NCBI GenBank assembly: GCA_964229355.1 | Contig: CAXRDE010000005.1 | Coordinates: forward strand, 37,131 to 101,130 | Length of the DNA stretch: 64,000 bases | Source of the DNA: Candidatus Sericytochromatia bacterium | Lineage (GTDB): Bacteria > Cyanobacteriota > Sericytochromatia > UBA7694 | Direction of reading: 5' to 3' | In this document: positions 44,749-54,773 of the stretch, one piece after another | How the letters are laid out: each line of letters opens with the position of its first letter | Position numbering within the stretch: position 1 is the first letter of the stretch | Notes under the pieces: generated by a model | What the model saw: only the letters and a program-made list of their open reading frames with translations | Told to the model about the DNA's origin: nothing | Databases searched by the model: none | Position numbers and translations under genes: made by a program

Positions 44749-45635
44749 TCAATACACACTCCTTAAAACTCTGGCTTCTCGCTGCCCGTCCCAAAACCCT
44801 GGGCGCAGCAGTGGCTCCTGTTATTGTGGGCACCGCCCTGGCTTTTGAACACAGTGGCATCGCCTGGTGGGCCATGTTGTCTTGCCTGGTGGGCTCACTG
44901 CTATTACAGCTGGGCACCAATTTCGCCAACGACTATTTTGACTTTGTCCAGGGGGCTGACACCGAAAGCCGTCTGGGCCCCACCCGCGTCACCCAGGCGG
45001 GCCTTATTGCACCAGAAACCGTACGCAACGCGTTCATTCTGATGTTTGCCCTGGTGGCCATTCCAGGCCTTTATCTGAGTTATGTGGGGGGCTGGCCCGT
45101 CTTTGTGTTGGGATGTTTGTCGGTATTGAGCGGGATCTTATACACCGCTGGGCCTTTTGCCCTGGCTTACCTGGGCTTAGGCGATATCTTTGTGTTGATC
45201 TTTTTTGGGATTGTAGCCACCGTGGGCACCTATTATGTGCAAACCCTGCATTTAAACAGCGCTATTTTTCTGGCGGCTCTGGGACCCGGCTTGTTTTCCA
45301 CCGCCATCTTGGCCGTCAATAACCTGCGGGATCGTCTCACCGACACCGAAAGCAATAAGCGCACGCTGGCCGTGCGCTTTGGCGCGAACTTCGCCCGTAT
45401 TGAATACTTTTTATGCTGCTGGATCGCCTGCCTGATGCCCTGGGTTATTTACTACTTCACCCCAGAAAAGCATCCCTACTCTCTGGCCGCCAGCCTGACG
45501 TTTATTTGGTGTATTCCCACCCTGCTCAGGGTCTTCCGCCTGGATGCAGATCCCGCTTTAAACCCCATTTTAGGGCAAACCGGTAAGTTTTTACTGGTGT
45601 ATAGCGCGGTCTTTGCCATAGGTTGGGTGCTCTAA
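44745..45635 (+). CDS. menA: 1,4-dihydroxy-2-naphthoate polyprenyltransferase (UbiA superfamily, MenA type)
   Basis: NDYFDFVQGAD aspartate-rich motif and about 8 TM helices; N-terminus WLLAARPKTLGAAVAPV is typical of MenA. Confidence 0.75.
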   Translation: MINTHSLKLWLLAARPKTLGAAVAPVIVGTALAFEHSGIAWWAMLSCLVGSLLLQLGTNFANDYFDFVQGADTESRLGPTRVTQAGLIAPETVRNAFILMFALVAIPGLYLSYVGGWPVFVLGCLSVLSGILYTAGPFALAYLGLGDIFVLIFFGIVATVGTYYVQTLHLNSAIFLAALGPGLFSTAILAVNNLRDRLTDTESNKRTLAVRFGANFARIEYFLCCWIACLMPWVIYYFTPEKHPYSLAASLTFIWCIPTLLRVFRLDADPALNPILGQTGKFLLVYSAVFAIGWVL

Positions 45636-45644
45636 ACAGAACAC

Positions 45645-47162
45645 CTAAGCCACGACCTTGATGGTATTCAAACGCACATCATCAGGGCCATTAATAAAGC
45701 CACCGTGGCGATACACCAATTGCAAATAGTCCACCAGTTCCTGGGTGATCCGCTCACCGGGCACTAAAATGGGGATACCGGGTGGATAAGGCGAAACCAC
45801 TTCGGTACAGATGCGACCTGCAGACTTCGAAAAGGGTACCGTTTCAACCTTTGCATAAAAAGCCTCACGGGGTGTCAACACTGCTTCAGGCAGCTCAGGT
45901 AAATCCATTTGTTGCAATAAAGGCAGCGCCTGACGGGGAATACCCTGGGTATGAATGTCCTGTGAAATACTGCGTACCGCTTCCACCAAACGCACCATAT
46001 CTTGTTGGGTGTTGGCAAAGGTAACAATTTCTAAGACATTGGTTAAGGTACCCATCTCGGATTGAATCCCGTGACGCTCGTTGAGCCAATCGCAAAAATC
46101 AAAACCGGAGACTCCCAGTGCTGAAACATTAATGGTTAACTTGCTTTCATCGAGGGCAAACAGGCCAGGAAAACCCACCCGCTCTGTACCAAAACAGTGA
46201 ATCCCGGGAATTTTATTGAGTTCGGTACGGGCCCAACGGGAGATTTCAAGGGCATGCTGCAAGAGTGTTTCACCGTGCAGCGCCATTTGACGGCGAGCGG
46301 TGTCTAAAGAAGCCATGAGCACGTAGTTGGGGCTGGTGCTTTGCATCAGTTGCAGCACCTTGCGGGCGCGGTTGACATCTACCCGTCCCGAATTAATGTG
46401 AAGCATAGAGCTCTGGGTCATGCCCGCGATAATTTTATGAGTGGACTGCACCACCATATCTGCCCCGACATCCACCGCAGACAAAGGGTACTCGGGGTGA
46501 AAGTGCAAATGGGGGCCATGGGCTTCGTCCACCAGAAGGGGTTTGCCGTGACGGTGACAAATTTCAGCGATACGCCGCAAATCCGAACTCACCCCATAAT
46601 AGGTGGGGTTCACCACAAACAAACCCTTTACATCAGGGTGACGCTGCAACGCAGCCTCCACGGCTTCAGGAGTCAGGTTATGGTCAATGCCCAGTTCCCG
46701 GTCCCAGGTGGGGGTGATATACACAGGAATTGCACCACTCAGCAACACCCCACTGATAATCGACTTGTGCACGTTGCGAGGAATCAGAATTTTATCCCCC
46801 GGATCGCACACGGTCAGCACCATCGTATTGTTACCACAGGTCGAGCCATTCACCAAAAAGAAGCTGTGCTCTGCCCCGTAGGCCTGGGCCGCCAATTCCA
46901 TGGCTTCTTTCAGCACGTGCTCAGGGTCATGCAGGTTATCCACCTCGGGCAACTCGCACAGATCGATTTCAAAGGTCTTACGGCCCACAAAGTCTAAAAA
47001 CTCAGGATCAATCCCCGCCCCATATTTGTGACCGGGGGTATGAAAACCCACCATATCTTTTTCGGTATAGGCTTTCAAGGCATCAAAGAATGGGGCGCGT
47101 GTTTGCGGGTTAAAGCCATTTGCGTGGGTTTGCGACACGGCATGAGATAGGGAGTTGAACAT
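45645..47162 (-). CDS. PLP-dependent Orn/Lys/Arg decarboxylase (fold type I, OKR_DC_1 family)
   Basis: GFHTPGHKYG N-terminal motif, and the STHKIIAGMTQSSMLH PLP-lysine region; 505 aa. Confidence 0.8.
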   Translation of the reverse strand: MFNSLSHAVSQTHANGFNPQTRAPFFDALKAYTEKDMVGFHTPGHKYGAGIDPEFLDFVGRKTFEIDLCELPEVDNLHDPEHVLKEAMELAAQAYGAEHSFFLVNGSTCGNNTMVLTVCDPGDKILIPRNVHKSIISGVLLSGAIPVYITPTWDRELGIDHNLTPEAVEAALQRHPDVKGLFVVNPTYYGVSSDLRRIAEICHRHGKPLLVDEAHGPHLHFHPEYPLSAVDVGADMVVQSTHKIIAGMTQSSMLHINSGRVDVNRARKVLQLMQSTSPNYVLMASLDTARRQMALHGETLLQHALEISRWARTELNKIPGIHCFGTERVGFPGLFALDESKLTINVSALGVSGFDFCDWLNERHGIQSEMGTLTNVLEIVTFANTQQDMVRLVEAVRSISQDIHTQGIPRQALPLLQQMDLPELPEAVLTPREAFYAKVETVPFSKSAGRICTEVVSPYPPGIPILVPGERITQELVDYLQLVYRHGGFINGPDDVRLNTIKVVA

Positions 47163-47203
47163 GGGGGGATCTTTCTTGTGTTGGAGGTGGTCAAAGGTTA
47201 ATT

Positions 47204-47263
47204 TCAGGTTAATAACTTTCTCTTAACCTTACTGTGTAATGTATCACATTTGAGGTTAAGATC
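47204..47263. promoter_or_regulatory. cluster of four AGGTTAA motifs (one inverted) upstream of the gene at 47378
   Basis: aaaggttaatttc, aggttaataac, tcttaacctta, gaggttaagat within 60 bp. Confidence 0.5.
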
Positions 47264-47377
47264 TGGCTAAAACCGGTGCGTTTCGCCTGAAAAAAAAGCT
47301 GGTATTTTACACAGGTTTTTGGGTATAGTGAGTAGTATACGAACAACCCTGTCGTTTTCAATTTGGAGAATTAAACC

Positions 47378-48592
47378 ATGGCCTCAATTTCTTCGGGTAC
47401 AAGCCCTTTAAGTCCGCTATCCGCTCAAACCTTGCGCCCGACAGAAAGTGCTACGCAATCCACAGCTCCTCCATCCGCTATCGCTGAAACACCCCCCCAG
47501 GCCGAAACACAAGATCAAGTGGCCGTACAAGCCAATCTCGAAGGGGCAGACTTTCACCCCACTGCAGGCGGCACGTTTCCTGATGCCGCTGCCGCAGCAG
47601 CGCCCGAAATCGAACTGCCCTCCCTGGATGATCCCGTTACGGGTGTTTTGCGGGGTGAGGCCCTGGAGGGCCGACTCAAAGCCCTGCAGCAAGAAATAGG
47701 CACCCAACTCAGCGCCGCCCAGGAACGTCATGCCACAGCCATTAGTAATGTCGAAACCAGCGGCATCCGTGATGACTTGCTCAATGAAGTCCTGAAACAT
47801 CAACACGCCATCGACACGCTCACCCAAATGCAAACCCTGTTGGAGCGAGGCGATCACGATGCGGTCAAACAATTGCAAGCCCTCATTAAAAGCTCGGCGA
47901 TTGATGAAGCCACAGGTAAAAATATCGACGTAGATAATCACTATGGTCCCGGTACCGATCGCCTCGCTGTGGAGCGCATCCGTCAACCGGACAGCACTTA
48001 CGTTGACAAAAATTTTAACTATGAACCCAAAGAGGCTTTTGTCTATCAATACGGCGAGATCGGCGAGGACGGCGGCACCAGCATGGAAGCTCAGGCCAAT
48101 TGTGGCCCTGCGTCCATGGCTATGGTCATTGAACGCCTGGGTGGCGACGCGCCCACCATGAAAGAAATTCGCCAGGAAGCCGGGGCACCCACGGGCAATC
48201 GCAAGGGCACTTACGGACTGGACTCAGACCAGGTGGAAAAAGGGCTGACAGAGATTTTGGGGAATCAGGGTATTCAAATTGAGACAGAGACACAGGTGTT
48301 TCGCAGCCGAGACAATGAAGGGGTTACCGAAGCCATGCGCGAGGCCCTGGCCGCAGGTAAAGAAGTCATTTTGCTGACGGCCAACCTCGAAAGCGGAGGT
48401 CAGGGACACTATATCGTCGTCAACGAAGTGCGTGAAGACGGGAGTATTGTCGTCGATGACCCACAGAACGAAGATGGACAGGGTCAGGTACATACCGCCG
48501 CAGAATTAGAGGCCGGTATGAAGCGGCGAGGCGGTTACGGCCGCGATACACGGGTGATTACTGTAAACCGGGCTACAGCCCCGGCTGCCTAG
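47378..48592 (+). CDS. protein with C-terminal C39-like (papain-fold) cysteine peptidase domain and a disordered N-terminus
   Basis: EAQANCGPASMAMVIERLGG (Cys) ... GQGHYIVVNEV (His) fit the Peptidase_C39_2 pattern. The N-terminal 120 aa are Ser/Thr/Pro/Ala/Gln-rich, with no signal peptide. Confidence 0.55.
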   Translation: MASISSGTSPLSPLSAQTLRPTESATQSTAPPSAIAETPPQAETQDQVAVQANLEGADFHPTAGGTFPDAAAAAAPEIELPSLDDPVTGVLRGEALEGRLKALQQEIGTQLSAAQERHATAISNVETSGIRDDLLNEVLKHQHAIDTLTQMQTLLERGDHDAVKQLQALIKSSAIDEATGKNIDVDNHYGPGTDRLAVERIRQPDSTYVDKNFNYEPKEAFVYQYGEIGEDGGTSMEAQANCGPASMAMVIERLGGDAPTMKEIRQEAGAPTGNRKGTYGLDSDQVEKGLTEILGNQGIQIETETQVFRSRDNEGVTEAMREALAAGKEVILLTANLESGGQGHYIVVNEVREDGSIVVDDPQNEDGQGQVHTAAELEAGMKRRGGYGRDTRVITVNRATAPAA

Positions 48593-48622
48593 CCTTTGCT
48601 AAAACTTTGCTAGAATAGAGCT

Positions 48623-49288
48623 ATGGAAAATACACCGTCCGCTCCCCTTGCCCCTGAAGTCCAGGAAGAAATTCTCAATATTACCCTGCATGGATTTGGC
48701 TTACTGTTGAGCCTCATTGGCTTTGGCACCCTGGTGGGTCTGGCGGTACAAACCCAGTCCATGCCCAAACTCCTGGCCGCCAGCACCTATTGCGCCACCC
48801 TCATTGTCATGTACATTGGCTCTTTGCTCTTTCATACCTCACTGGCCATCGATGTGCCCTGGAAAAAAGCCCTGGAAGTGGTAGATCACAGTGCCATCTA
48901 CTTGCTGATTGCGGGCACCTACACCCCTTTTTTAATGGTGTCTTTGCAAAGCACCTATGCGTGGTCCATGCTCGCCCTCATCTGGCTCCTGGCCATTGCA
49001 GGTATTTTGTATAAGGTCTTCTTCTTTTATAAATCAGACGTTTTATCGACCCTGGCGTATATCGCCATGGGTTGGATCTGCGTCTTCTTTATTAAGGACC
49101 TGTACTTGAGTATAGGGAGCACAGGCATCGGCCTGTTGGCGCTGGGGGGCGTGCTGTATACCGTGGGCTCGATGTTCTATTTGTTTGACCACAAATTCAA
49201 ATACGCCCACGCCCTCTGGCACCTCTTTGTCATGGCGGGCTCACTCTGCCATTATCTGAGCATTTTCTTCTACGTGATTCGGTCTTAG
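48623..49288 (+). CDS. hemolysin III family channel protein (PAQR/YqfA)
   Basis: Seven TM helices; conserved HxxxH (HALWHLFV) near the C-terminus and VDHSAIYLLIAGTYTPF. Confidence 0.75.
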   Translation: MENTPSAPLAPEVQEEILNITLHGFGLLLSLIGFGTLVGLAVQTQSMPKLLAASTYCATLIVMYIGSLLFHTSLAIDVPWKKALEVVDHSAIYLLIAGTYTPFLMVSLQSTYAWSMLALIWLLAIAGILYKVFFFYKSDVLSTLAYIAMGWICVFFIKDLYLSIGSTGIGLLALGGVLYTVGSMFYLFDHKFKYAHALWHLFVMAGSLCHYLSIFFYVIRS

Positions 49289-50128
49289 CTATTTCGCTTT
49301 GAAATCAGGCAAGGGCGTTTTGGCTTTCACAGGCCATTGCTTGTCTTGAATAATGGTGTTCAGGCGCTCAATACGGCCCTGAGGGTGAGGGTGAGAAGAA
49401 ACATATTGTCCCAGCGCAGAGGCTTCAAAACCCGCGGTTTTTTGGTGGCGGTCTAAAAAGTCTGTGGCCCCTCCCACGTGTTGGTAACGGCCATAAAGGG
49501 CTGCTAACCCTGTATGATCAGCCTCTAGCTCTTGCGCCCGTGAAAAGCCCTTTTGCATGCCCTGGGTCAAAGCGCCAATATTTTCACTGATGCCGCTTCC
49601 CCCGCCAAAAATGACTTCTGTGACCACCAGGAGGGCCAGCCCCCGTCCCATGGCCCGCAGATTATGGCGGTGGTGCAAATGGCCCATTTCATGGCCCAGC
49701 ACAAACACCAGCTCATTTTCAGAGTCAGCCTCGTCCACCAGACCTTCCATCACCACCACGTGCCCACCGGGCAGCGCAAAGGCGTTGGCGGTTTTCTCTG
49801 GGCTTAAATGCACCCGGTAATCCAGATGCGGAGCGTCACCATACTGGACCTTCACAAGACCGTTCATCAGGTTTTGTAAATAGGCCTGTTTGCGAGCCTG
49901 CTCGGGGGTTAATTCGTGCTGTAAAGCCTCCGTAAACATCTCGCCCAACTGGGCCTCACGCTCCCACGACAGTCGGGGTGCGTAATAATCCACCGCAAAG
50001 CCCAAAAGCCAATAGGCCAGCCCCAGCAAAAGCAACGAACCGCCCAGTAAGGTGGCAAAGTCCACCAGCGGAGAGCGACGGGTCACATTGACATTGTCCT
50101 CAGGCAAGGGGGTGGGCACGTACTGCAT
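49289..50128 (-). CDS. M48-family zinc metallopeptidase (HtpX-like)
   Basis: HEMGHLHHRH (HExxH), an N-terminal TM segment, and the GALTQGMQKGFSRAQELEADHTG third-ligand region. Confidence 0.75.
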   Translation of the reverse strand: MQYVPTPLPEDNVNVTRRSPLVDFATLLGGSLLLLGLAYWLLGFAVDYYAPRLSWEREAQLGEMFTEALQHELTPEQARKQAYLQNLMNGLVKVQYGDAPHLDYRVHLSPEKTANAFALPGGHVVVMEGLVDEADSENELVFVLGHEMGHLHHRHNLRAMGRGLALLVVTEVIFGGGSGISENIGALTQGMQKGFSRAQELEADHTGLAALYGRYQHVGGATDFLDRHQKTAGFEASALGQYVSSHPHPQGRIERLNTIIQDKQWPVKAKTPLPDFKAK

Positions 50129-50601
50129 CAGCTTTTATACCGAATCGCAGTCCCGTAAGCAATGGCTTCAATACTGCCGACACCGGCATTGCGCTTGTAC
50201 AGATCGCCCAGAAAACTGGTGTCTAAACGCACGTTCATGACCAGATCTGCCCCATGACGCAGGGCTTCTTCCTGCATACGCAGCGTGGCCTCACGACGGG
50301 CGCGATCCACCAGCGGTTCATATTGGGTGACCCGTCCTCCAAAAATATTTTGCAAGGCCGCCACAAACACCTTAAAGTAATCCACGGCCACCACCATATT
50401 ACCGGTCACCAAAATCGCTTCATCGACTTCTTTCTGGGCGTCTAGAATGGCCGGATCTTTGAGATTAAGCATCGGGAGCGCACGGTAAGCTGTTTCACGC
50501 TCTTGAATACTCACATAATGCTTGCGTTCGGCCTGCTGGCCAAAAAAGTATCCCAGCGCCAGTAAAGCCGCAAAAATACCCAGATTAAAAACAAGTTCCA
50601 T
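50128..50601 (-). CDS. YbjQ/UPF0145-family protein with N-terminal TM anchor
   Basis: A C-terminal YbjQ_1 domain (VTGNMVVAVDYFKVFVAALQNIFGG...AIAYGTAI) after a hydrophobic N-terminus. Confidence 0.6.
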   Translation of the reverse strand: MELVFNLGIFAALLALGYFFGQQAERKHYVSIQERETAYRALPMLNLKDPAILDAQKEVDEAILVTGNMVVAVDYFKVFVAALQNIFGGRVTQYEPLVDRARREATLRMQEEALRHGADLVMNVRLDTSFLGDLYKRNAGVGSIEAIAYGTAIRYKS

Positions 50602-50613
50602 AATGAACCCCGC

Positions 50614-50931
50614 TTATTCGACGCGCACAGCAGTGCCGTAAATGTACAATTCAGCAGCGCCAGCGGCCACGGAAGAGGTGGAATAACGCACATTGACCAC
50701 CGCATTGGCACCCAGGGCTTTGGCCTGTTGACGCATGCGCTCCGTGGCTTCTTCACGGGCTTCGCTCAACAGCTCGGTGTAACCTTTCAGCTCACCACCC
50801 ACCAGGTTTTTTAAAGACGCCATAAAGTCACGTCCCACATGCTTTGCGCGCACCGACGAGCCGTTGACCACGCCATAATGTTCCACAATGCGCTTGCCGG
50901 GAATGCTTTCAATATTTGTTAACAAGATCAT
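50614..50931 (-). CDS. YbjQ/UPF0145-family protein
   Basis: IVEHYGVVNGSSVRAKHVGRDFMASLKNLVGGELKGYTEL...ANAVVNVRY is the typical YbjQ_1 pattern. Confidence 0.7.
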   Translation of the reverse strand: MILLTNIESIPGKRIVEHYGVVNGSSVRAKHVGRDFMASLKNLVGGELKGYTELLSEAREEATERMRQQAKALGANAVVNVRYSTSSVAAGAAELYIYGTAVRVE

Positions 50932-51058
50932 CGACGGGTTCCTCTTTTAGCCCTAAATTATCACACACTGTGACTGAGAAAATTACTTTCTGATTATGCC
51001 GGAAACAGCCTTAAAAAAACAGGATTCGCATCACACTCTCAGGCCGTGTTTGCGGCAT

Positions 51059-51092
51059 GAAAAAAAGGGCTCTAAACGAGGGTTCAGAGCCC
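51059..51092 (-). terminator. rho-independent terminator downstream of the phasin-like gene
   Basis: Stem gggctct/agagccc with a 12-nt loop; a run of 7 A on the plus strand gives a U-tract on the minus-strand transcript. Confidence 0.6.
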
Positions 51093-51124
51093 CAGGGGGG
51101 GGTTAATGCAAATGTTACGATTGC

Positions 51125-51532
51125 TTACTTCTTGGGGGCAGAAGCGGCAATTTTGCTGGAGGTTTTAGCAGAGGCAGTGGCTAAAACTTCGTCTTTTTCG
51201 ATTTCTTTGCTCAGGGTGTCACGGCGAGCTTTCAGCTCATCCACGTGACGCTCGAGTTCATCAATGCGCTCGTCTAAGTTGTCTTTTTCAACTTTGGTGA
51301 TACCAAGGGTGGTACCGAGTTGTTGAACGCTAGAAACCATGTTTTCCCAACGCTGGGTGAATTCTTTTTCGCGGCTTTCGAGGTTGTCGCGCACTTCAGA
51401 TACGAATTTTTTGGCTTCGCTGTCGTGGAGGGTGCCTTTTTTTACAAACTCATCAGCAACTTCTTGTACTTTGTCTGCGCTCAGAGAAATGAACTCAGCG
51501 GTTAATAAACTAGCTCTTTTTAAAATATCCAT
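51125..51532 (-). CDS. phasin-family (COG3937-like) protein
   Basis: MDILKRASLLTAEFISLSADKVQEVADEFVKKGTL...; coiled-coil, Lys/Glu-rich, 135 aa. Confidence 0.55.
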   Translation of the reverse strand: MDILKRASLLTAEFISLSADKVQEVADEFVKKGTLHDSEAKKFVSEVRDNLESREKEFTQRWENMVSSVQQLGTTLGITKVEKDNLDERIDELERHVDELKARRDTLSKEIEKDEVLATASAKTSSKIAASAPKK

Positions 51533-51672
51533 TGTTAAAATCTCCTGATTTATCCATTTGCGAAGCTTTTGACTCGTTTAAGGGAGTTTCGCTTGCCTTA
51601 TGATCTTAGTTTATAACACACCGTGTAAAAACACAAGCCCTTTATGACGCAGTGAGTAAAAAATTTTCATAA

Positions 51673-51704
51673 AAATACGGGCCTTTTATAAAAAGGCCCG
51701 TATT
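51673..51704 (-). terminator. rho-independent terminator downstream of korB
   Basis: Perfect stem aatacgggcc/ggcccgtatt with loop tttttataaaaa, flanked by T-rich sequence on the minus strand. Confidence 0.65.
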
Positions 51705-51725
51705 CACTGGGTTTCAGAAAAACAT

Positions 51726-52763
51726 CTAGCCCATAAATTTCGCCATCACCTGCTCAAATTGAGCCTGTGTGGGCCGTAAATCTTCAGTGGGCAACACAGA
51801 CAGTGGTGTCTCCGATAAATTCAGCACCTGATCAAAAGGTACTTTTTCATCGTTGTAATAGAGTAAGCCCGTGGGCAATTCACCCGCTTCATGGGTCAAT
51901 TTAATCTGACGCATGGCCTCTAAGCGATCCGTGGGGTCATAGTCATTGCCCAATTTTTTCAACTTCAGGTGAGAACCATCGTGCAGCTTAACATCTACTG
52001 CATCGGTGTAATCCACTTCAATATCGTCAAAATGGGGAATAAAATCCAACTCTTGCAGCGGTTGCTCATTGGCTTTGACGTAGTCATAGCTTTTGGTGGA
52101 GCCACTGTGATCGTTAAAGGTGACGCAGGGGCTAATAATGTCAATAATCGCCGTCCCCCGGTAAGACAAAGCAGCCTGAATCAAGGGCACCACTTGTTTT
52201 TTGTCACCCGAGAAGGAGCGGGCCACAAAACCACAGCCCAGTTCAATGGCCAGGCCACAGAGGTCGATGGGTTCAAAGGGGTTTTCGGCGCCCTTTTTGA
52301 GTACACTGCCCAAATCGGCCGTGGCAGAAAACTGGCCCTTGGTTAAACCATAGACCCCATTGTTTTCCACAATGTACACCATATCTAAATTGCGGCGAAT
52401 GACGTGCACAAATTGGCCAATTCCAATGCTGGCGGTATCGCCGTCGCCACTGACCGAGAGGCCTACCAATTGGTGGCTGGCCACCAGGGCGCCGGTGGTA
52501 ACAGAGGGCATACGGCCGTGGGCCGAGTTAAAGGCATGGGCCTGACTGACAAAGTAGGCGGGGGTTTTACTGGAACACCCAATCCCGCTGAATTTACCCA
52601 GCATGGCAGGATCTACACCCGCTTCATAACACGCCTGAATAATATGCCCCGAAATGGCATTGTGACCACAACCGGGACACAGGGTGGTGGGTCCCCCCTG
52701 GTAATCAGACTTGGCCAGACCCAGGTAATTGGTTTTTGCTTTTTTTGTAGATAAATTAGACAT
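51726..52763 (-). CDS. korB: 2-oxoglutarate/2-oxoacid:ferredoxin oxidoreductase beta subunit (two-subunit type)
   Basis: CPGCGHNAISGHI..., GIGCSSKTPAYF, VSGDGDTASIG TPP motifs. GGAGG RBS 7 nt upstream of the ATG at 52763. The ORF-track start at 52799 would overlap korA by 44 bp. Confidence 0.8.
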   Translation of the reverse strand: MSNLSTKKAKTNYLGLAKSDYQGGPTTLCPGCGHNAISGHIIQACYEAGVDPAMLGKFSGIGCSSKTPAYFVSQAHAFNSAHGRMPSVTTGALVASHQLVGLSVSGDGDTASIGIGQFVHVIRRNLDMVYIVENNGVYGLTKGQFSATADLGSVLKKGAENPFEPIDLCGLAIELGCGFVARSFSGDKKQVVPLIQAALSYRGTAIIDIISPCVTFNDHSGSTKSYDYVKANEQPLQELDFIPHFDDIEVDYTDAVDVKLHDGSHLKLKKLGNDYDPTDRLEAMRQIKLTHEAGELPTGLLYYNDEKVPFDQVLNLSETPLSVLPTEDLRPTQAQFEQVMAKFMG

Positions 52764-54570
52764 GAGCGACCTCCACAGGTACTGTTTGTTCAGATTCAAG
52801 AATCGCTTGACTTAAAGACAGGGCATCCACAAAGGTGCCATCGTAATGGGTGACCGGGCGCAAACGGGGTGCCAGCGCAGGGTATTCCGCGGCCAACAGA
52901 CGAAGCATTTGCGCATCGCGGTTTTGCTCCAGCACGTAAACCCGCTCCTGGGCTTCTAAAAAGGCCTCCACTTGCGGATGGAAGGGCAGCGCACGAATCC
53001 GCAGGTAATCGGGCTGTAAACCTTTGTCCTGCAATTGATCGAGCATTTCAGGCATGGCCGCATCGGTAGAGCCGTAGGCAATCACCGCAAAATCCGTGTG
53101 GCCGTCTCCCACTTGCAAGTGGGGGGCAGGCAGCGTCTTCGCAATGGTTTCAAACTTCTGGCTTAAGCGGTCCAGGCCGGCTTTCCATTCGTCGGGCTTC
53201 TCGGTGTATTTGGCCTGGGCATTGTGCCCTGATCCCCGTGTAAAGTAAGGGGCCTTGGCGTGTTTGGTGCCAGGCAGGGTACGGTAGGGCACGCCATCAC
53301 CATCCACATCAGCATAGCGATGGAACTGTTCCACCTGATCCAGGGCTGCCGCATCTAAAACTTTCCCCCGATCCAGCGGCTGGGTAGCGTAGCTAAAGGG
53401 CTCAGCCATCCAGGTATTCATACCCAGGTCCAGATCACTCAGCAAAAACACGAGGGTCTGAAAGCGTTCTGCCAGGTCAAAGGCATCCTGAGCCATGGTG
53501 TAGCACTCTTCAACGGTGCCGGGCAACAGCACAATATGTTGGGTATCGCCATGAGAGAGACCATAGGCAGAAGTTAAATCGCCCTGGGAGTTGCGGGTGG
53601 GCAAGCCGGTGCTGGGGCCCATGCGCTGTACATCCACAATCACGCTGGGAATCTCGGCATAATAGGCGTAGCCCGCTAATTCTGACATCAGCGAAATCCC
53701 GGGGCCTGAGGTGGCCGTCATGGCGCGGGCACCGGCCCAACCAGCCCCCAGCACCATGCCTATGGCCGCAATTTCGTCTTCAGCCTGTACGGCGGCATAG
53801 AGATTTTTGCCGTCTTTGACCCGAAACGCGCCAAAGTAATCGATCAGGCTTTCGCATACCGAGCTAGAGGGGGTAATCGGGTACCACGACAGAAAAGTAC
53901 AGCCCCCCATCAGGGCGCCCAGGGCGGTGGCATTATTGCCTTCAATCAGAATTTTGCCCTCGGTGGCACCGGGAATGGTTTCGAGCACAAAGGGATCTTG
54001 CTTGGTCAAATGTTCAGCGGCCCAATCCCGTCCTACTGCAATGGCATGGGCGTTTAATTGCACGACTTTTTCTTTGTTGGCAAATTGTTTATTGACCGCC
54101 TGGGTAATGGCCGCAGGGTCAATATTGAGTAAATGCGCCAATACCCCCACGTAGATCATATTCACCACTTTTTTCTTGAGCTTGGCATTGTCCGTGGCCT
54201 GGTTCACCAGCTCCCCGAAGGGCACCCCGTAATTGATGTGGTCTTCACGCAGGGCGTGATCCAGTTTCATGCCTGTGTCGTGAATGACCACCGCACCGGC
54301 GCGCAGGCCCCGGATGTCGTCATACACCGTATTGGGGTTCATGAGCACCATGATATCGCAGGCCTGTTGGTTGGCCTGGTAGCCTTTTTCGTGCACCCGT
54401 ACCGTGTACCAGGTGGGTAAGCCGGCGATATTTGAGGGAAAGAGATTTTTTGCCGCCACGGGCACGCTCATGTTAAAAATAGAGCGCATTAAAATCAGGT
54501 TGGCGGACTGACTGCCCGTCCCATTGACCGTGGCAATTTGAATATTCACATTATTGACTTGTTGTTCCAC
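52756..54570 (-). CDS. korA: 2-oxoglutarate/2-oxoacid:ferredoxin oxidoreductase alpha subunit (fused gamma-alpha, KorA type)
   Basis: 604 aa; N-terminal gamma-like IATVNGTGSQSANLILMRSIF, then the alpha domain GNNATALGALMGGCTFLSWYPITPSS. Confidence 0.8.
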   Translation of the reverse strand: MEQQVNNVNIQIATVNGTGSQSANLILMRSIFNMSVPVAAKNLFPSNIAGLPTWYTVRVHEKGYQANQQACDIMVLMNPNTVYDDIRGLRAGAVVIHDTGMKLDHALREDHINYGVPFGELVNQATDNAKLKKKVVNMIYVGVLAHLLNIDPAAITQAVNKQFANKEKVVQLNAHAIAVGRDWAAEHLTKQDPFVLETIPGATEGKILIEGNNATALGALMGGCTFLSWYPITPSSSVCESLIDYFGAFRVKDGKNLYAAVQAEDEIAAIGMVLGAGWAGARAMTATSGPGISLMSELAGYAYYAEIPSVIVDVQRMGPSTGLPTRNSQGDLTSAYGLSHGDTQHIVLLPGTVEECYTMAQDAFDLAERFQTLVFLLSDLDLGMNTWMAEPFSYATQPLDRGKVLDAAALDQVEQFHRYADVDGDGVPYRTLPGTKHAKAPYFTRGSGHNAQAKYTEKPDEWKAGLDRLSQKFETIAKTLPAPHLQVGDGHTDFAVIAYGSTDAAMPEMLDQLQDKGLQPDYLRIRALPFHPQVEAFLEAQERVYVLEQNRDAQMLRLLAAEYPALAPRLRPVTHYDGTFVDALSLSQAILESEQTVPVEVAHV

Positions 54571-54701
54571 AGCAGATTCCTTTTACTTTGGTGATAACAC
54601 CTTGTTATACCATCAGTTGAACATAGATTGACAGCCTTGAACAGCCCTTCAAAAATAAGCACACACCGAAAAATCATAAACTTTTTGACAAGATAAACAA
54701 C

Positions 54702-54725
54702 GCTTTGTACGACGATATACAAAGC
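54702..54725. promoter_or_regulatory. perfect 8-bp inverted repeat (candidate operator) upstream of the MshEN-C39 gene
   Basis: gctttgta-cgacgata-tacaaagc, 12 nt downstream of a TTGACA hexamer (54685-54690), in the divergent korA / 54774 intergenic region. Confidence 0.4.
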
Positions 54726-54773
54726 ATCAATAGATTTTAATGTGAACTGTATCTGTGCACCGAAAGGCCGACC

